From positions 434,001-498,000 of the forward strand of contig JBEUKZ010000093.1 in NCBI GenBank assembly GCA_048128005.1: 64,000 bases of DNA, read 5' to 3'. The position numbers and the translations under genes were made by a program. Of the stretch, positions 12,832-24,351 are shown one piece after another. Position 1 is the first letter of the stretch, and each line of letters opens with the position of its first letter. The DNA comes from Veleropilina oligotropha (taxonomy: Eukaryota). The notes below the pieces were generated by a model. That model saw only the letters and a list, made by a program, of their open reading frames with translations, was not told the DNA's origin and searched no databases.

Positions 12832-14899
12832 GGTTGCCGGCGCTCGCGACGAGCTCAGTTGCACGCTTCCGCCGGTGGGAGCGTGTCTGTTAGAGTACAG
12901 CCTGTCCTGGCTAGAAATGACAGAGGACAACTGGGTTCACTCAGTCGTGAATGCCGGATACAAGTTGGCATTCGACCGGCATCCAACCCTAGACGAGACA
13001 CCACCACCAGGACGCGCTCGTCTCCTGATAGGAGAAAAACAAGCCGTCCTAGACCAGGCAGTGCGGGATTTACTCTCAAAGAGAGCGATCTATCCCGCGC
13101 CGCCCAGCACACCAGGATATTACAGCCACTTTTTCCTGGTCCCGAAACCCGATGGCCGTTGGCGACCGATCCTCGATCTGTCGTTCCTCAACCAGTATCT
13201 TCGTACCGAGAAGTTCAAGCAAGAAACACTCTCGAAGATACGAACGGCCATCCGTCCGGGCGACTGGGCAGCGTCTATCGACTTAACCGATGCGTACCTA
13301 CACGTTCCGATGCACGTCTCGGCTCACCGGTACCTACGGTTTGTTCACGGGGGAACGGTCTACCAATTCAGGTGTCTACCGTTCGGTCTATCGTCAGCCC
13401 CGTACGTCTTCACGCGGGTAGTACAGGCTCTCGGGGCCTTCCTACACTCGCAAGGGCACAGAGTACACATGTACCTCGACGACTGGTTGATTCTCGGGGC
13501 GTCCCGGGATCAGTGCCTCCAGTCTATGAGCGTTACCCTATCATCGGCGAAGCGCCTAGGATTACAGATCAACAACGACAAATCCTGCTTCGTGCCCTCG
13601 ACGACGTTTATATTTCTAGGGGTCGAATTCGACACGGTCCGGTACACCGCGAAACCGACTCAGAAACGTATAGAGAACCTACGCGCAGTTATACTGGAAA
13701 CAAAGTCTTCACGGATAACTACAGCGCGACGACTGGCCACTGTCCTAGGGCACATCGAGTCGGTAGCTCCCCTGTTACCGACGGGTCGCATGGACAAACG
13801 ACCGTTGCAGCAGGCCTTCAAGGACCGCTGGATACAACGTACGGGACAGTGGACGGATCGCATCGATCTTCGGCATTGGTTCAATCGCACGACAGCAGTG
13901 TGGTTGAACACTACCCTGCCGAGCCAGTCGGTTCCAATATCCCCCCCAGAACCGAACGCCTACCTCTTCACGGACGCGTCAAACGAGGGCTGGGGAGGTC
14001 ACCTCGACAGTCACGAGACATCGGGCCTCTGGCCTACGGACCTTCAGGGACGACACATCAACTTCCTAGAGTTAGAAGCCGTCTACCTGTCAGTACAGTC
14101 CCTCTCGTCACACCTCCGCAACAAGCACATAATGCTAGCAACGGACAACACGACTGTCGTCGCTTACATCCAGCACCAGGGCGGCACTCGCTCCCGTCCG
14201 CTTTGCGACCGAGCGATCGACCTACACCGCCTAGTGATGTCACTCAACTCGTCAATTCGAGCCCGACACATCCCGGGGAAGCTGAATGTCAGAGCGGATA
14301 CGCTCTCTCGGAAAACACAGATTATACACACAGAGTGGACGCTACACGCCAGTGTAGCCCGAGATGTCTGCTGCTTGTGGTCGCAGCCTCAAGTCGATCT
14401 ATTCGCAACCGAATACAATCACCGACTCCCTCTCTATGTGTCTCCTTACCCGGACCCGGCCGCTATAGCGGTCGACGCTCTGTCAATGAGATGGGAGAAT
14501 CTGATCGCCTACGCCTTCCCACCGTCGTGCATGTTGGCACAAGTACTACGGAAAGCGACCCGCGAAGACTGCGAGTTGACGCTAATAGCACCTCTACAAC
14601 GCGCGCAGTCCTGGTTTCCGACACTTCTGGATCTACTCATCGATCAGCCACGAGCGCTACCGCAGATGACAGACCTGTTATCGCAACCGCGCAGTCGGGT
14701 TCTACACCCGTCGGCGAGCGAGTTTCACGCCTGGCGACTATCGAGAGATCGCTCATCAAGAAAGGCTTTTCTAGAGCGACAGCCCAGCGCATTTACCGAT
14801 CTAGAAGACAATCTACAACAAGGGTATATGACTACCGATGGAAGAAATTTGTGGATTGGTGTCGCGGGCGGCAAGTCAATATATTCCGCCCCCCTGTGA
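12830..14899 (+). CDS. Copy B ORF2: reverse transcriptase / RNase H / DNA adenine methyltransferase-like
   Basis: Uninterrupted frame with IDLTDAYLH, LPFGL, YLDD, FTDAS, LELEA, TDN, DLFA and YAFPP motifs. Start is uncertain (frame is open from 12545). Confidence 0.92.
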   Translation, partial: RVAGARDELSCTLPPVGACLLEYSLSWLEMTEDNWVHSVVNAGYKLAFDRHPTLDETPPPGRARLLIGEKQAVLDQAVRDLLSKRAIYPAPPSTPGYYSHFFLVPKPDGRWRPILDLSFLNQYLRTEKFKQETLSKIRTAIRPGDWAASIDLTDAYLHVPMHVSAHRYLRFVHGGTVYQFRCLPFGLSSAPYVFTRVVQALGAFLHSQGHRVHMYLDDWLILGASRDQCLQSMSVTLSSAKRLGLQINNDKSCFVPSTTFIFLGVEFDTVRYTAKPTQKRIENLRAVILETKSSRITTARRLATVLGHIESVAPLLPTGRMDKRPLQQAFKDRWIQRTGQWTDRIDLRHWFNRTTAVWLNTTLPSQSVPISPPEPNAYLFTDASNEGWGGHLDSHETSGLWPTDLQGRHINFLELEAVYLSVQSLSSHLRNKHIMLATDNTTVVAYIQHQGGTRSRPLCDRAIDLHRLVMSLNSSIRARHIPGKLNVRADTLSRKTQIIHTEWTLHASVARDVCCLWSQPQVDLFATEYNHRLPLYVSPYPDPAAIAVDALSMRWENLIAYAFPPSCMLAQVLRKATREDCELTLIAPLQRAQSWFPTLLDLLIDQPRALPQMTDLLSQPRSRVLHPSASEFHAWRLSRDRSSRKAFLERQPSAFTDLEDNLQQGYMTTDGRNLWIGVAGGKSIYSAPL

Positions 14900-15813
14900 C
14901 AAAATTTATCGAGTTCTTATCGTCGTTGCTCGAACAGGGAATGTCAATTTCCGCAGTCAAAGGCTACCGTTCATGCGTAGCAACAACGTTACGGCAATGC
15001 CGCGAGCACACCCGCTTGTGTACCGACAAAACAATATCGGACTTCATACGCTCCTATCAACTCGAACGGCCCATTCAGCGGGTGCGACCGCCCGCTTGGA
15101 ATGTTTTGTTAATTCTCAATGCTTTACTTAGAGGCCCGTACGAGCCTATGAGTGATTGTTCCCTCAAAAATCTCACTTATAAGACCGTATTTCTTACCGC
15201 TCTCGCCACCGGTAACAGGGCCTCGGAGATACACGCTTTATCCGGAGAGCTTCGAGATATACACTTCCACACCAATGGGTCGGTGACGCTGCATACAGTC
15301 CTTGGCTTCCTAGCGAAGACACAAAGACCTGAAGATATCAGTCCCGAGGTTTGTATCCGTAACCTCTCCATGCTGGATAGAAATGATATCGACCGCCTGA
15401 ACTGCCCGGTTCGCGCGCTGAGATTCTACCTGGATAGGACCCGAGACCTACGGCACGGTAAAAAGAATTTATTCGTTAGCCATATGCCTCAATTCCACCG
15501 CGACATTCGCAAATCGACTGTTTCACGTTGAATAGTCTCTGTTGTAAAAGAGATTTACTCTCGGTCCAATGAGCCAGAACGAGATCTCGTTTCAATTCAC
15601 GCGCACGAGACCCGTGCATTAGCGACTTCTCTGGCCTTCAAATATAATTTGAATATCAATGCGATCTTAAAGGCTTGTTACTGGAAGAATGCTAATACCT
15701 TTGTTCGCTTTTACCTGCGTGATTATGCGACCACGGCTGAGGGTGAACATCGGATTTCCTTTGTGGCGGCAGGACAACAATGTATCAGGGGATCTGGGTC
15801 ATCCTTACAGTGA
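12832..15813 (+). pseudogene. Copy B ORF3 tyrosine recombinase, premature TGA at 15529
   Basis: Frame overlaps ORF2 and contains R (GNRASE) and CPVRAL. HETR and the catalytic Y (FVRFY) lie after a TGG>TGA change; the natural stop is at 15811-15813. Confidence 0.88.
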
Positions 15814-18405
15814 GTGGACACCACGACACTGAGGTAATATAATGTAATTCTATTTGTGTACATTGAAATCACCTTTAGGATTTACTCCAATGTTTTTCTT
15901 TCTTAAACTGATTAAGAAATTGAAATTATCTATTCATACTGAGTTAATATGAAGTAATGCCCACATTGAATGTAAACATTTATATTATTAAATCTTAAAA
16001 TGTTTTTTGTAAATAATATTATTTTTAAAAATGTTCTCCTTGCTGTCGCAGAACATTTCAATGTGCGTACATTGGAAAATTTTAATATTATTCTCTACTT
16101 AAAATTATTTAAGTAACATGTATCATGTTGACATTTTGCAAGTTGGACATGCAAAAATTTATTATTCAAGATGAAGTTATTGAAATTTTCTTCAATCTAT
16201 TGATAATTGTCACGGTTTTATAACACTATCTACCTGCCTAGGTTCGGGTGCTTCTAAAAACCATGTCTTGCAGTTTTCTGTCTGCCGACCTTTGAGTCCG
16301 GAATATTCAGATCACTGTTTTGCTCATGACACGAGTGCCTCAAGGTATACCTTCCGCCGGTGTCCGGAGCTACATGCACTTTCGTGTTACCTGTCCGACT
16401 AACATCCCTGGCGTGTTTTCCCAGATTTCTTGGTCGAAATCTCACCTCGGGGTAAGGGTAGATTTGATGCTCAGTAAAATCCACTCTGAACGGACTCGAT
16501 CTCAACGCTAAAGCGTCGTCTTCTGGTAACAAGTAAGTTTTAATTTTGGTGTATGGAACTTATAACTCCGCCAACCAAAGTTATTCTTGGCATTAGTAAG
16601 GACGTAAGTATATTTGCTATAGATATGAGGATTAAGAGTAATCCCTTGTATCTATAATAATATACTTACGTCCTTACCCACTTGGCCCACCCTGCTTCGC
16701 ACCTCCCCTCTTATATAAGTTCTTTGTCTTGGGGTTTGCAGAAACTTCGGATGAGGTCTTGACCCTTGGGTCACGAGGATCTCGCGGGAGTTGGCGAGCT
16801 CTTAATAGACATGAACTGGAGGAGGTCGAGCAGGTCAGGGGGTCAGCTGGGTTCAATTTACTAAAAAGTGCGAAATTACCATTTCCACCTTGTCCGGATT
16901 TAGCGATAATAGGCTTATTATGGCATTAGTAAGGACGTAAGTATATTATTATAGATACAAGGGATTACTCTTAATCCTCATATTTCAGTTATACATCGGG
17001 TCAATCAACTTTGAATGATGAGATGAATTGGTGCTGTGTGCAATGGAGGCAGCTTGAACCCGTGACCTCACGTTTAGTAGACCAGCACCGTATCCACTCG
17101 GCCATGCCCCCCCCCATCCTGAAGTGGCCTACCTATATGTATGTAAATGGTATGTCGAGCACCATTCATGTTTTTATGATGCTCTCATAATATCTTCTAA
17201 CCCAGATCATTTCATCAGGTCTCCAATACACCCGAGGAATGACACCAAGTTGTGCATACCTCCAGGAAATAAAGCCATCGATTTCCTCTTTCCATGTCAC
17301 CTGTAATGCAACCATGTACAGCTGCATATCTAAGGAGATCTGTATTGTAGTCATACCAGATCTTGTAGGTACTTAGGCATGATTGTGTCAGGGTTATTGT
17401 CCCGCCGCCTATCGGGCGGACAGGGGACATAGAATCCGCGTTTGTGTACGTCCATCTCCCGGATTTTCTCACATCTTTTTTTGCCATTTAGAGAAATGCG
17501 AGCTTTCCGAAACTTTACAGATGAACTAACCACATCATTTGGCAGATATATTTTTTTAATTATTATGTGTGAATGATGAAAGGGACATGTGCTTATCTGT
17601 AAGACTTGCTCACAATAGGCACAGTAAGCTGTTAAGCTTAATGGTCACTCTGTGAAGCTGGGATTTTCAAAATCAGATGGATTTATGAAAACTGGTTTCC
17701 CCACTGGTTTATTCCATGGGTATCTTGAGATGGCAGTGTATATTGTCATTACAAGAACAGACTGTATCCAGTGTCTAATATCACTCTCAATATGTATCAT
17801 TGATGTCTCTCCTGTATATTATTGTGTACATTGTACTGTAATATTAGTTATAGTTGGTACTGCGCTTAGAGCTACACTTAGCTAGAATAGGCGCATTATA
17901 AATGTATTAAATAATAATAATAATGTGTCCATTGACAATATGCCGGGATACTATGACTTTGTCATGGTTTAGCTGCTGCAAATATATTTTATCTCTAGTA
18001 TATACCGTTAATACTGTAATAAGATTTTGTCTTTATTTCTGTTTCTCCGAAACTTCAAGTCTTACAATAACTATATTAGGATCAGCACTGCATAGGTAGT
18101 ACTTGTCAATTCTTGCTTTTCAAACTGAAAATGTGGCCCCTTTCAAGGTAGCCGGGGTGGGCGAGACATATAATTCTGCGGAATTTTTTCTTTTCATATT
18201 AAGAATTTCTAGCTTTCTGAAACTTTACCGATCAAGTTCGAATATAGGGAATTTTGAAAACTTGTAGGGTTTTCGTGATATTGAATATATAGTCTCTGGA
18301 AGTAGATGTTGTCAATTTTCTCACAACTTTCTCACAACTAACTTTTTCAAATTAGAGAAATGCTAGCTGTACGAAGCTGTCATGGAATAGATCATGTTTG
18401 AATAT

Positions 18406-18655
18406 TGGGGCCACTTCGACAGCTGTGTGGTATCAGTGTGAACTCAGAAAATCACTGGCTTGATTCCGCTAATGCAAACAGTATTGCCACTGTGGGTTCA
18501 AACCCCGGCTGGGGCATGACATTATTTGTTCAAATTATGAATCAGTTGTCCATAACTGGTCCAAGAGGGCGGGATTTCCTCCCGCGATAATACGGACATG
18601 TCCTGGTTTGAACCTAAATAAGTTGTAAATATAGAACAATAAGCATTATTTCCTT
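18406..18655 (+). mobile_element. tRNA-derived SINE family 1, diverged copy
   Basis: tcactggcttgattccgctaatgc..gggttcaaaccc..ggacatgtcctg..aagcattattt is similar to 57927-58185. Confidence 0.75.
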
Positions 18656-19584
18656 TTTATTATCCCCCGCAACAATAATTTTGCAGGGGATATTAAAATG
18701 CAGACCGTGCAAATTATCTTTTCCGGAGCATATCTATTACACCGCTCCACATAACACTACGTAACTTGCTGGGTGTATTAAGTAATCGGTGAACTGGTGC
18801 CTTTTGCTAGTTTTGATGCTGTGCGGCTATCATTGACAGAGTTATTGCCCTTGTTGTAAATTTGTTAAAATGTTATCTTTTCCGCAGCGTATCTCATACA
18901 CCGCTCGACATAACTTTGCGAAACTTGCTGCATGTATTAAGTAGTCTGTGAACTGGTGCCTTTCGCTACTTTCGATGTTGTGCGGCGATCATTAATAGAG
19001 TTATTGCCCTTGTTGTTAATTCGTTAATCGTATCTTTTCCGTAGTGTATCTCATACACTGCTCAACATAACATTAAAATACTTGCTGGGTGTGTTAAGTA
19101 GTTTGTGAACTGGTGCATTTTGCTAGTTTCGGGGTTTTGCCGCGATTATTAATAGAGTTATTTCCCTTGATGTAAATTTGTTACTGTACTCCTTTCCGAA
19201 GCGTATCCCATAAACCGCTCGGTATAACTTTATGCAATTTGGTGGGTGTATTAAGCATTTGCTGATCTGGTGCCTTTTGCTAATTTTGACGTTGTACGGC
19301 AAGTATTAACAGAGTTATTGCCCTTGCGTTAATTTTTTTATTCCTGACTATATCTCATAAAGTGCTGGACTTCTCATTACGGAACATGGGAGTGTATTCA
19401 GTAGTTGATTAACTGGTGCCTTTTCATAATTTTGACGTTGCGTGATGATTAATGACATAGTTATTGCCCTTGTTATCATTTAAACCAACGATATTGTGCT
19501 TATCCCATTGTAGTTTCAAGAACATACAGCATATAGTAATTGTGAATGTACCATTGCGGGGGATATTGCTGACTTTGTCTTGTT
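18655..19584 (+). mobile_element. Helentron-derived non-autonomous element (HINE/pearl-like) with ~158-bp internal tandem repeats x ~5
   Basis: T-rich start, subTIR tatcccccgcaa, nearby IR tgcaggggata, distal ttgcgggggata and a cttgtt end. Repeats carry agagttattgccctt. Confidence 0.75.
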
Positions 19585-20247
19585 CCTTTTCGAATATGGG
19601 AATGTTTTTTTAAATTTATTGATTATTTGGCGATTTGTGCAGTCTCTGCAAGCATGGATGTGGTAAATTTTCTCACATGCATTAATTTCATTTACAGAGA
19701 TGCTACCTTTATGAAACTTTACAGATCAACTAACCCCATCATGGGGTAGATCTAGTTCAAATATTGGGGATTTTTTTCAACCTATGCATGTATGAAATTT
19801 ATCAATTTTCTCACAACTAAATTATCCATTTAAAGAAATGTTAGCTTTCTGAAACTTCACAGACCAACTAACCACAATGTGATAATGGAATGGATAAAGT
19901 TCGAATAATAAGAATTGTTTAATTTACTTGAAGTATTTACACTTTAAGAGTCTCTGGGTGAATATCTATCTCTGTAGCCTCTGGTGGCAGGAAATCTTGC
20001 TTAATTAATGAATTCTCATTGAGTTACTGAATACACAGCGGGATGATCGAACAAATATATATGTGGTCAATAATACGGGCGGGGAGCAATCGCAACTTAG
20101 TGTTAATCACTTGTTATTTTTCGTATCACCTATCTGCCCGAAACGAGTGTTAACAAGGTTTCTTTCTTCTTGTGTCTTCTGCCTCATCTCATCTTGTTTT
20201 GTTGATTTCTCTTTTCATGCATATTTAAAAAGGTTTCTATATGCTCT

Positions 20248-21263
20248 AGTGTGAAACCGCCATTTTGAATTTTAACCGCCATTTTTACAATAATTATTTT
20301 GAACAAAAGTAAGATATATCATGTTGTCAACATGTTTATCGTTAAAATGAGCCATTGCAAGCATGTATTCTTTTAAAATGTACATAATATATCGGAAATA
20401 CCAAACACACAAAAATCAAATGTGATAAAGCTGCCATTTTGAATTTTAGCGCCATTTTTTATTCCACCAATATTTTTATTGCAGACAAGCAGATATCGAA
20501 TAGAGACATAATAGGCTATCCAAAAATGTATGTCTCCAAAAATCCCCAGGGGGTCGATATCTGGCCCATGGACTAATACCACATGAAAATCATCTAATAT
20601 AATTGACAGAAAGACCTCTAAGAAATGTGACGGAGAAGAAAGCACCAATCAAACAAGAAATTCCGCGGAATTATATGTCTCGCCCATCCCTGCTTACTTT
20701 GAAAAGGGCCACAATTTCAGTTTGTAAAGTAAGAATACAACATATGCAGTGCTGATCCTAATATAGTTATTGTAAGACTTAGTTTCAGAGAAACAGAAAT
20801 AAATACAATATCTTATTATTATATGCTCGAGATTAAATATATTTGGCAGCCAAACCATGACAAAATAGTATACTGGACAATAGTCCGGTGATATAATGAC
20901 TTTAACCATGACCAGTTGAGGGTGATATTTTAAATTTTACCCATCCTTTGTCAGCAAAATATAGCACATGGATATATGCTTAAGACTTGCGCAACATACT
21001 AGTGTGTTCTAATACATTGAATAACTCATAAAAATGCACTTTACTCACGCATATACCATGACGATACCTAAATTATAAGTCGAATAACGCTTATAAATGT
21101 TATTTCGATGGCGGACATTTTGAATTTTTCCCATAATTCAACAACGGAAGCCATTTCCAAGTAGATCCGGGACTAAAATCTTTTAGTACCCCTAAAGATC
21201 TTCTATAACAAATTTGACGTTTTTGTCACTCGTGTAACGATTTTTTCATTGAGCGACCTGACT
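20248..21263. mobile_element. Possible non-autonomous DNA-transposon remnant (Academ-like end)
   Basis: TAG...CTA ends and repeated gccattttgaattt motifs. No clear TIR match. Confidence 0.3.
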
Positions 21264-21339
21264 ATATATATAATTCGCAACCTTGACAGCCGCACAGAAA
21301 GGTCAAGACAATAGTTTATTACACCGCGATATAGGTTTT

Positions 21340-21545
21340 CGGAGTTGTAACTGTTTCTCTCCAGACACGCGTCCACAACCTGCTGAACGATCTTGAATGA
21401 CAGTTCTGGCAGGAAAATACTGCAGCATCACCTCTATTTTCTGTAAACTAATGGCGAGTCCAAACGCTCTTGAGGATGTTGAGAGACAGTTGGCGAGGTA
21501 TGCATGTGCGACTCCATGTGTCCTGGAAGAGCACAATGCAGAGGG
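21340..21545 (-). pseudogene. Small LINE RT fragment (RTE-like)
   Basis: Translation AFGLAISLQKIEVMLQ resembles the RTE-clade FGLTISxKKTEVMxQ motif downstream of the RT core. Confidence 0.4.
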
Positions 21546-21649
21546 CAAGACACGACCATGCTTAACGCCATAGGCGACCAGGGAATGGATCAGACACACA
21601 ACCATATTCGGTCAATTCTGCAATCATGAAGGGACCTGATAATGCCGTT

Positions 21650-22545
21650 ACTAGAACGCTCAGTCACGAGTGACCTCATATGTATCCCCCGGTAATGACC
21701 TGTCTAGATGCTCAGTCACGAGTGACCGCATATGTATCCCCCAGTAATGACCTGTCTTGATGCTCAGTCACGAGTGACGCATATGTATCCCCCGGTAATG
21801 ACCTGTCTAGATGCTCAGTCACGAGTGACTGCATATTATATCCCCGGTAATGACCTGTCTAGAGCGGTCACAAGGAAGTATGCTTTAAAATCCAAGATGA
21901 GGAGGAATGATGCTTAATGTCCTGTATATTTACAACATCGAGGTTCAAGGCAGGACATGTCCGTGATATCGCGGGAGGAAACCCCGGTCGCCCGGGTAAA
22001 CCTGCCCTCTTCGGCCAGTCACGGACAACTGTGATTCATAACTTGAACAAATTTCAATGCCTCTGCCAGGTATTGAACCCACTACTGTTCGCATTAGCGG
22101 AATCAAGCCAGTGAATCCAGAGTGGACACTCTACCCACTGCGCTGCCGAAGCGGCCCCAAAATCCAAGATGAAGGTCACAGTGTCCATCTTGGAGGTCGG
22201 ACCACACCCAAATTATATAGGTGTAGTGTCCTCGCCCCAACCAATGCACATACCAAATTTGAAAATATTCCGTTAAGAAATGGCCTGTATAGAGCGATCA
22301 CAAGGAATTATGCTTTAAAATCCAAGATGAAGGCCACAGCGGCCATCTTGGAGGTCGGACTACACCCAAATTCAATAGGTGTGGTGTCCTGGCCACAACC
22401 AATGCACATACCAAATTTGAAAATATTCCGTTAAGAAATGGCCTGTCTAGAGCGATCACAAGGAATCTCTCGGCAGGCGCGGCAGCAGCGTAACGGACGC
22501 TACACCATAGTATCCCCCCAGACACTTTCGTTTCGGGGGATACAA
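21650..22545 (-). mobile_element. HINE-like element with 51-bp x 4 terminal amplification and ~158-bp internal repeats, interrupted by a SINE
   Basis: ACTAG end, gtcacgagtgac stem, tatccccc subTIR, and terminal palindrome gtatccccc..gggggatac at 22510-22543. Confidence 0.65.
21900..22158 (-). mobile_element. tRNA-derived SINE family 1
   Basis: Reverse complement is near-identical to 57927-58185; A/B-box-like head. Confidence 0.88.
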
Positions 22546-22723
22546 TTAATACCGTTCATCTGTTGCTTCTTAAACCACACTTGGTCATGGAGACGACATA
22601 ATCCAACAAAATCTTCTGTGCATGGACATATGCAACATAATAATCGTGACCAGGCACCTCTCCTGTCTAAAAACTTGTCTCAATTTTGTGTTCTAGTCAC
22701 AGATACGATGAAATCAAACCATT

Positions 22724-23444
22724 ACTAGCGAATCCTTGCCCCTGCAAGTCGAGGGGATGTATCCCCTCCCACGGTAGCAAAAATCAATAGGCGTCGTGTC
22801 CTCATCATACCAACGCATATATCTAATTTGAATCAAATCCGATATTAGCTTTTCACTGTGCACACAAGAAATCTCGTCTCGGCCATCTTGAATCTGCTAA
22901 TCGACGAAAATCGTTAAGCGGTGTTTCCTCATTATAACTAACACGCATACCAAATTTGAATCAAATCGGATTAAAATATTTCACTGTAAAGCACGCAAAT
23001 GAAATCTCTCCATACAAAATGGCCAACACGGCAGTCATCCTTGATCTGAAAACGACGAAAATCACTAGTCTGCGTGTCATCATCATAACTAACTGGTATA
23101 CCAAATTTAGACCAATCAAATAAAATTGGATTAGAACTTTTCACTGTAGAGCTCGCACAAGAATTCTGAATCCGAAACCGACGAAAATCGTTAGGCGGTG
23201 TGTCCTCATCATAACTAACCCGCATTCCAAATCTGAATCAAATCGGATTAAAAATTTTCACTGTGGAGCGCACACAAGATATCTCTCCATATTTGATCCA
23301 AAAATCGTTAGGTGGCGTGTCCTCATCATTACTAAAGCGCATACAGAATTTGAATCAAATCGGATTAAACCCTTTCACTGTAGAGCGTGGCGGACGCAGC
23401 GGCTGAACGATGCCTAAACCATACTATCCCCGAAATGTTAAACA
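22724..23444 (-). mobile_element. HINE-like element with diverged internal tandem repeats
   Basis: actag end, tatcccc motifs and repeated ccaaatttgaatcaaatcggatta..ttcactgt units. Confidence 0.55.
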
Positions 23445-24351
23445 TGTCTCAATTTTGTGTTCTAGTCACAGATACGATGAAATCAAACCATAATCATGCC
23501 GATATCCCCATATGTTCTATTTTCCATTCATGAAAATATGGATATGTTCAAATACAACCCTACTGGGCATTCATGCCAATTTAACACCAATTTACACATT
23601 ATTTATGATAGTCATGAATGTATTTGCCCATATTTAAATGTTTTGCATCCATTTCGATGTATGCCATAACAAACCCAACAATTTTAATATACTACTAAAA
23701 CACTGGTAAATATTGCAAGCAAGCAATGGAAAACCTGATTTCCATTAATCAAAAACCATTTATTATATACTAATATATAATACACAAAAATTCAATTATT
23801 TATTTCAATTCCATTTTATACTCTCACAGCATAATTGACAAAGACACAAATGTTTCAAGACAAATATACATATTCTCTGTTTCAAGCTAAGCTTAGCAGC
23901 GTTTGTTGTCCGTGGGGTAGGTATACGACGTTGCGGGATCGGGACAGTTGATACGAGATGTCTTCTGCAGCCTCCAGTTTTCTTAACTCCACCAAACCCT
24001 CCCCTGCCTCACCAAACGCCCTAGAGAGCAAAAAGAGGTTTTTAGGTAAACCTAGTATTAGTTAGAATATACTTACGTCATTACCAATGCCATAATAGCC
24101 ATATTATCGCTAAACCGGAAACTGTGAAAAAGCGTTTCACTTTCTTTTAAATTTACACGCTTACCCCCCCTGCTCACCTCTCTCGCGTTCCTCTCACGAG
24201 ATCTGCCCAAGTCTCGCGAGACCTCAGAGACCAAGACAGATCTGGTATCATTTTTAAGTCAGAGGAATCTACAGTGCGTAGAGGAACTTAGCAAGAGGGG
24301 TTGGAAGCGAATGCCATGAGCAGGGTGGGTAGACGTGTAATGACGTAAGTA

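Larger units (their letters stand above)
9601..16980 (+). mobile_element. DIRS1-like YR retrotransposon copy B, full length (7380 bp)
   Basis: ITRs at 9609-9814 and 16742-16947, a right extension, and an ICR at 16588-16677 complementary to both termini. Flanked by TAT on both sides; three ORFs. Confidence 0.97.
9557..17115 (-). mobile_element. tRNA-derived SINE family 3, split by DIRS B (pieces 9557-9600 and 16981-17115)
   Basis: Joining the flanks gives (gat)n-gaattgatgttta..acagTATttcagtta..gggtcaatcaacttt..tgtgcaatggaggcag, which matches 56531-56722. Confidence 0.85.

Noticed and set aside
12025..15531. Stops at 12025 and 15529 in copy B as programmed readthrough sites
   Set aside because: Other copies have CAG and TGG at these positions, so they are private nonsense mutations.
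16242..16532. Structured domain acting as a target-guide (bridge-like) RNA
   Set aside because: The variable loops show no convincing complementarity to each copy's own insertion site; only a weak tattcag resemblance in A/B.
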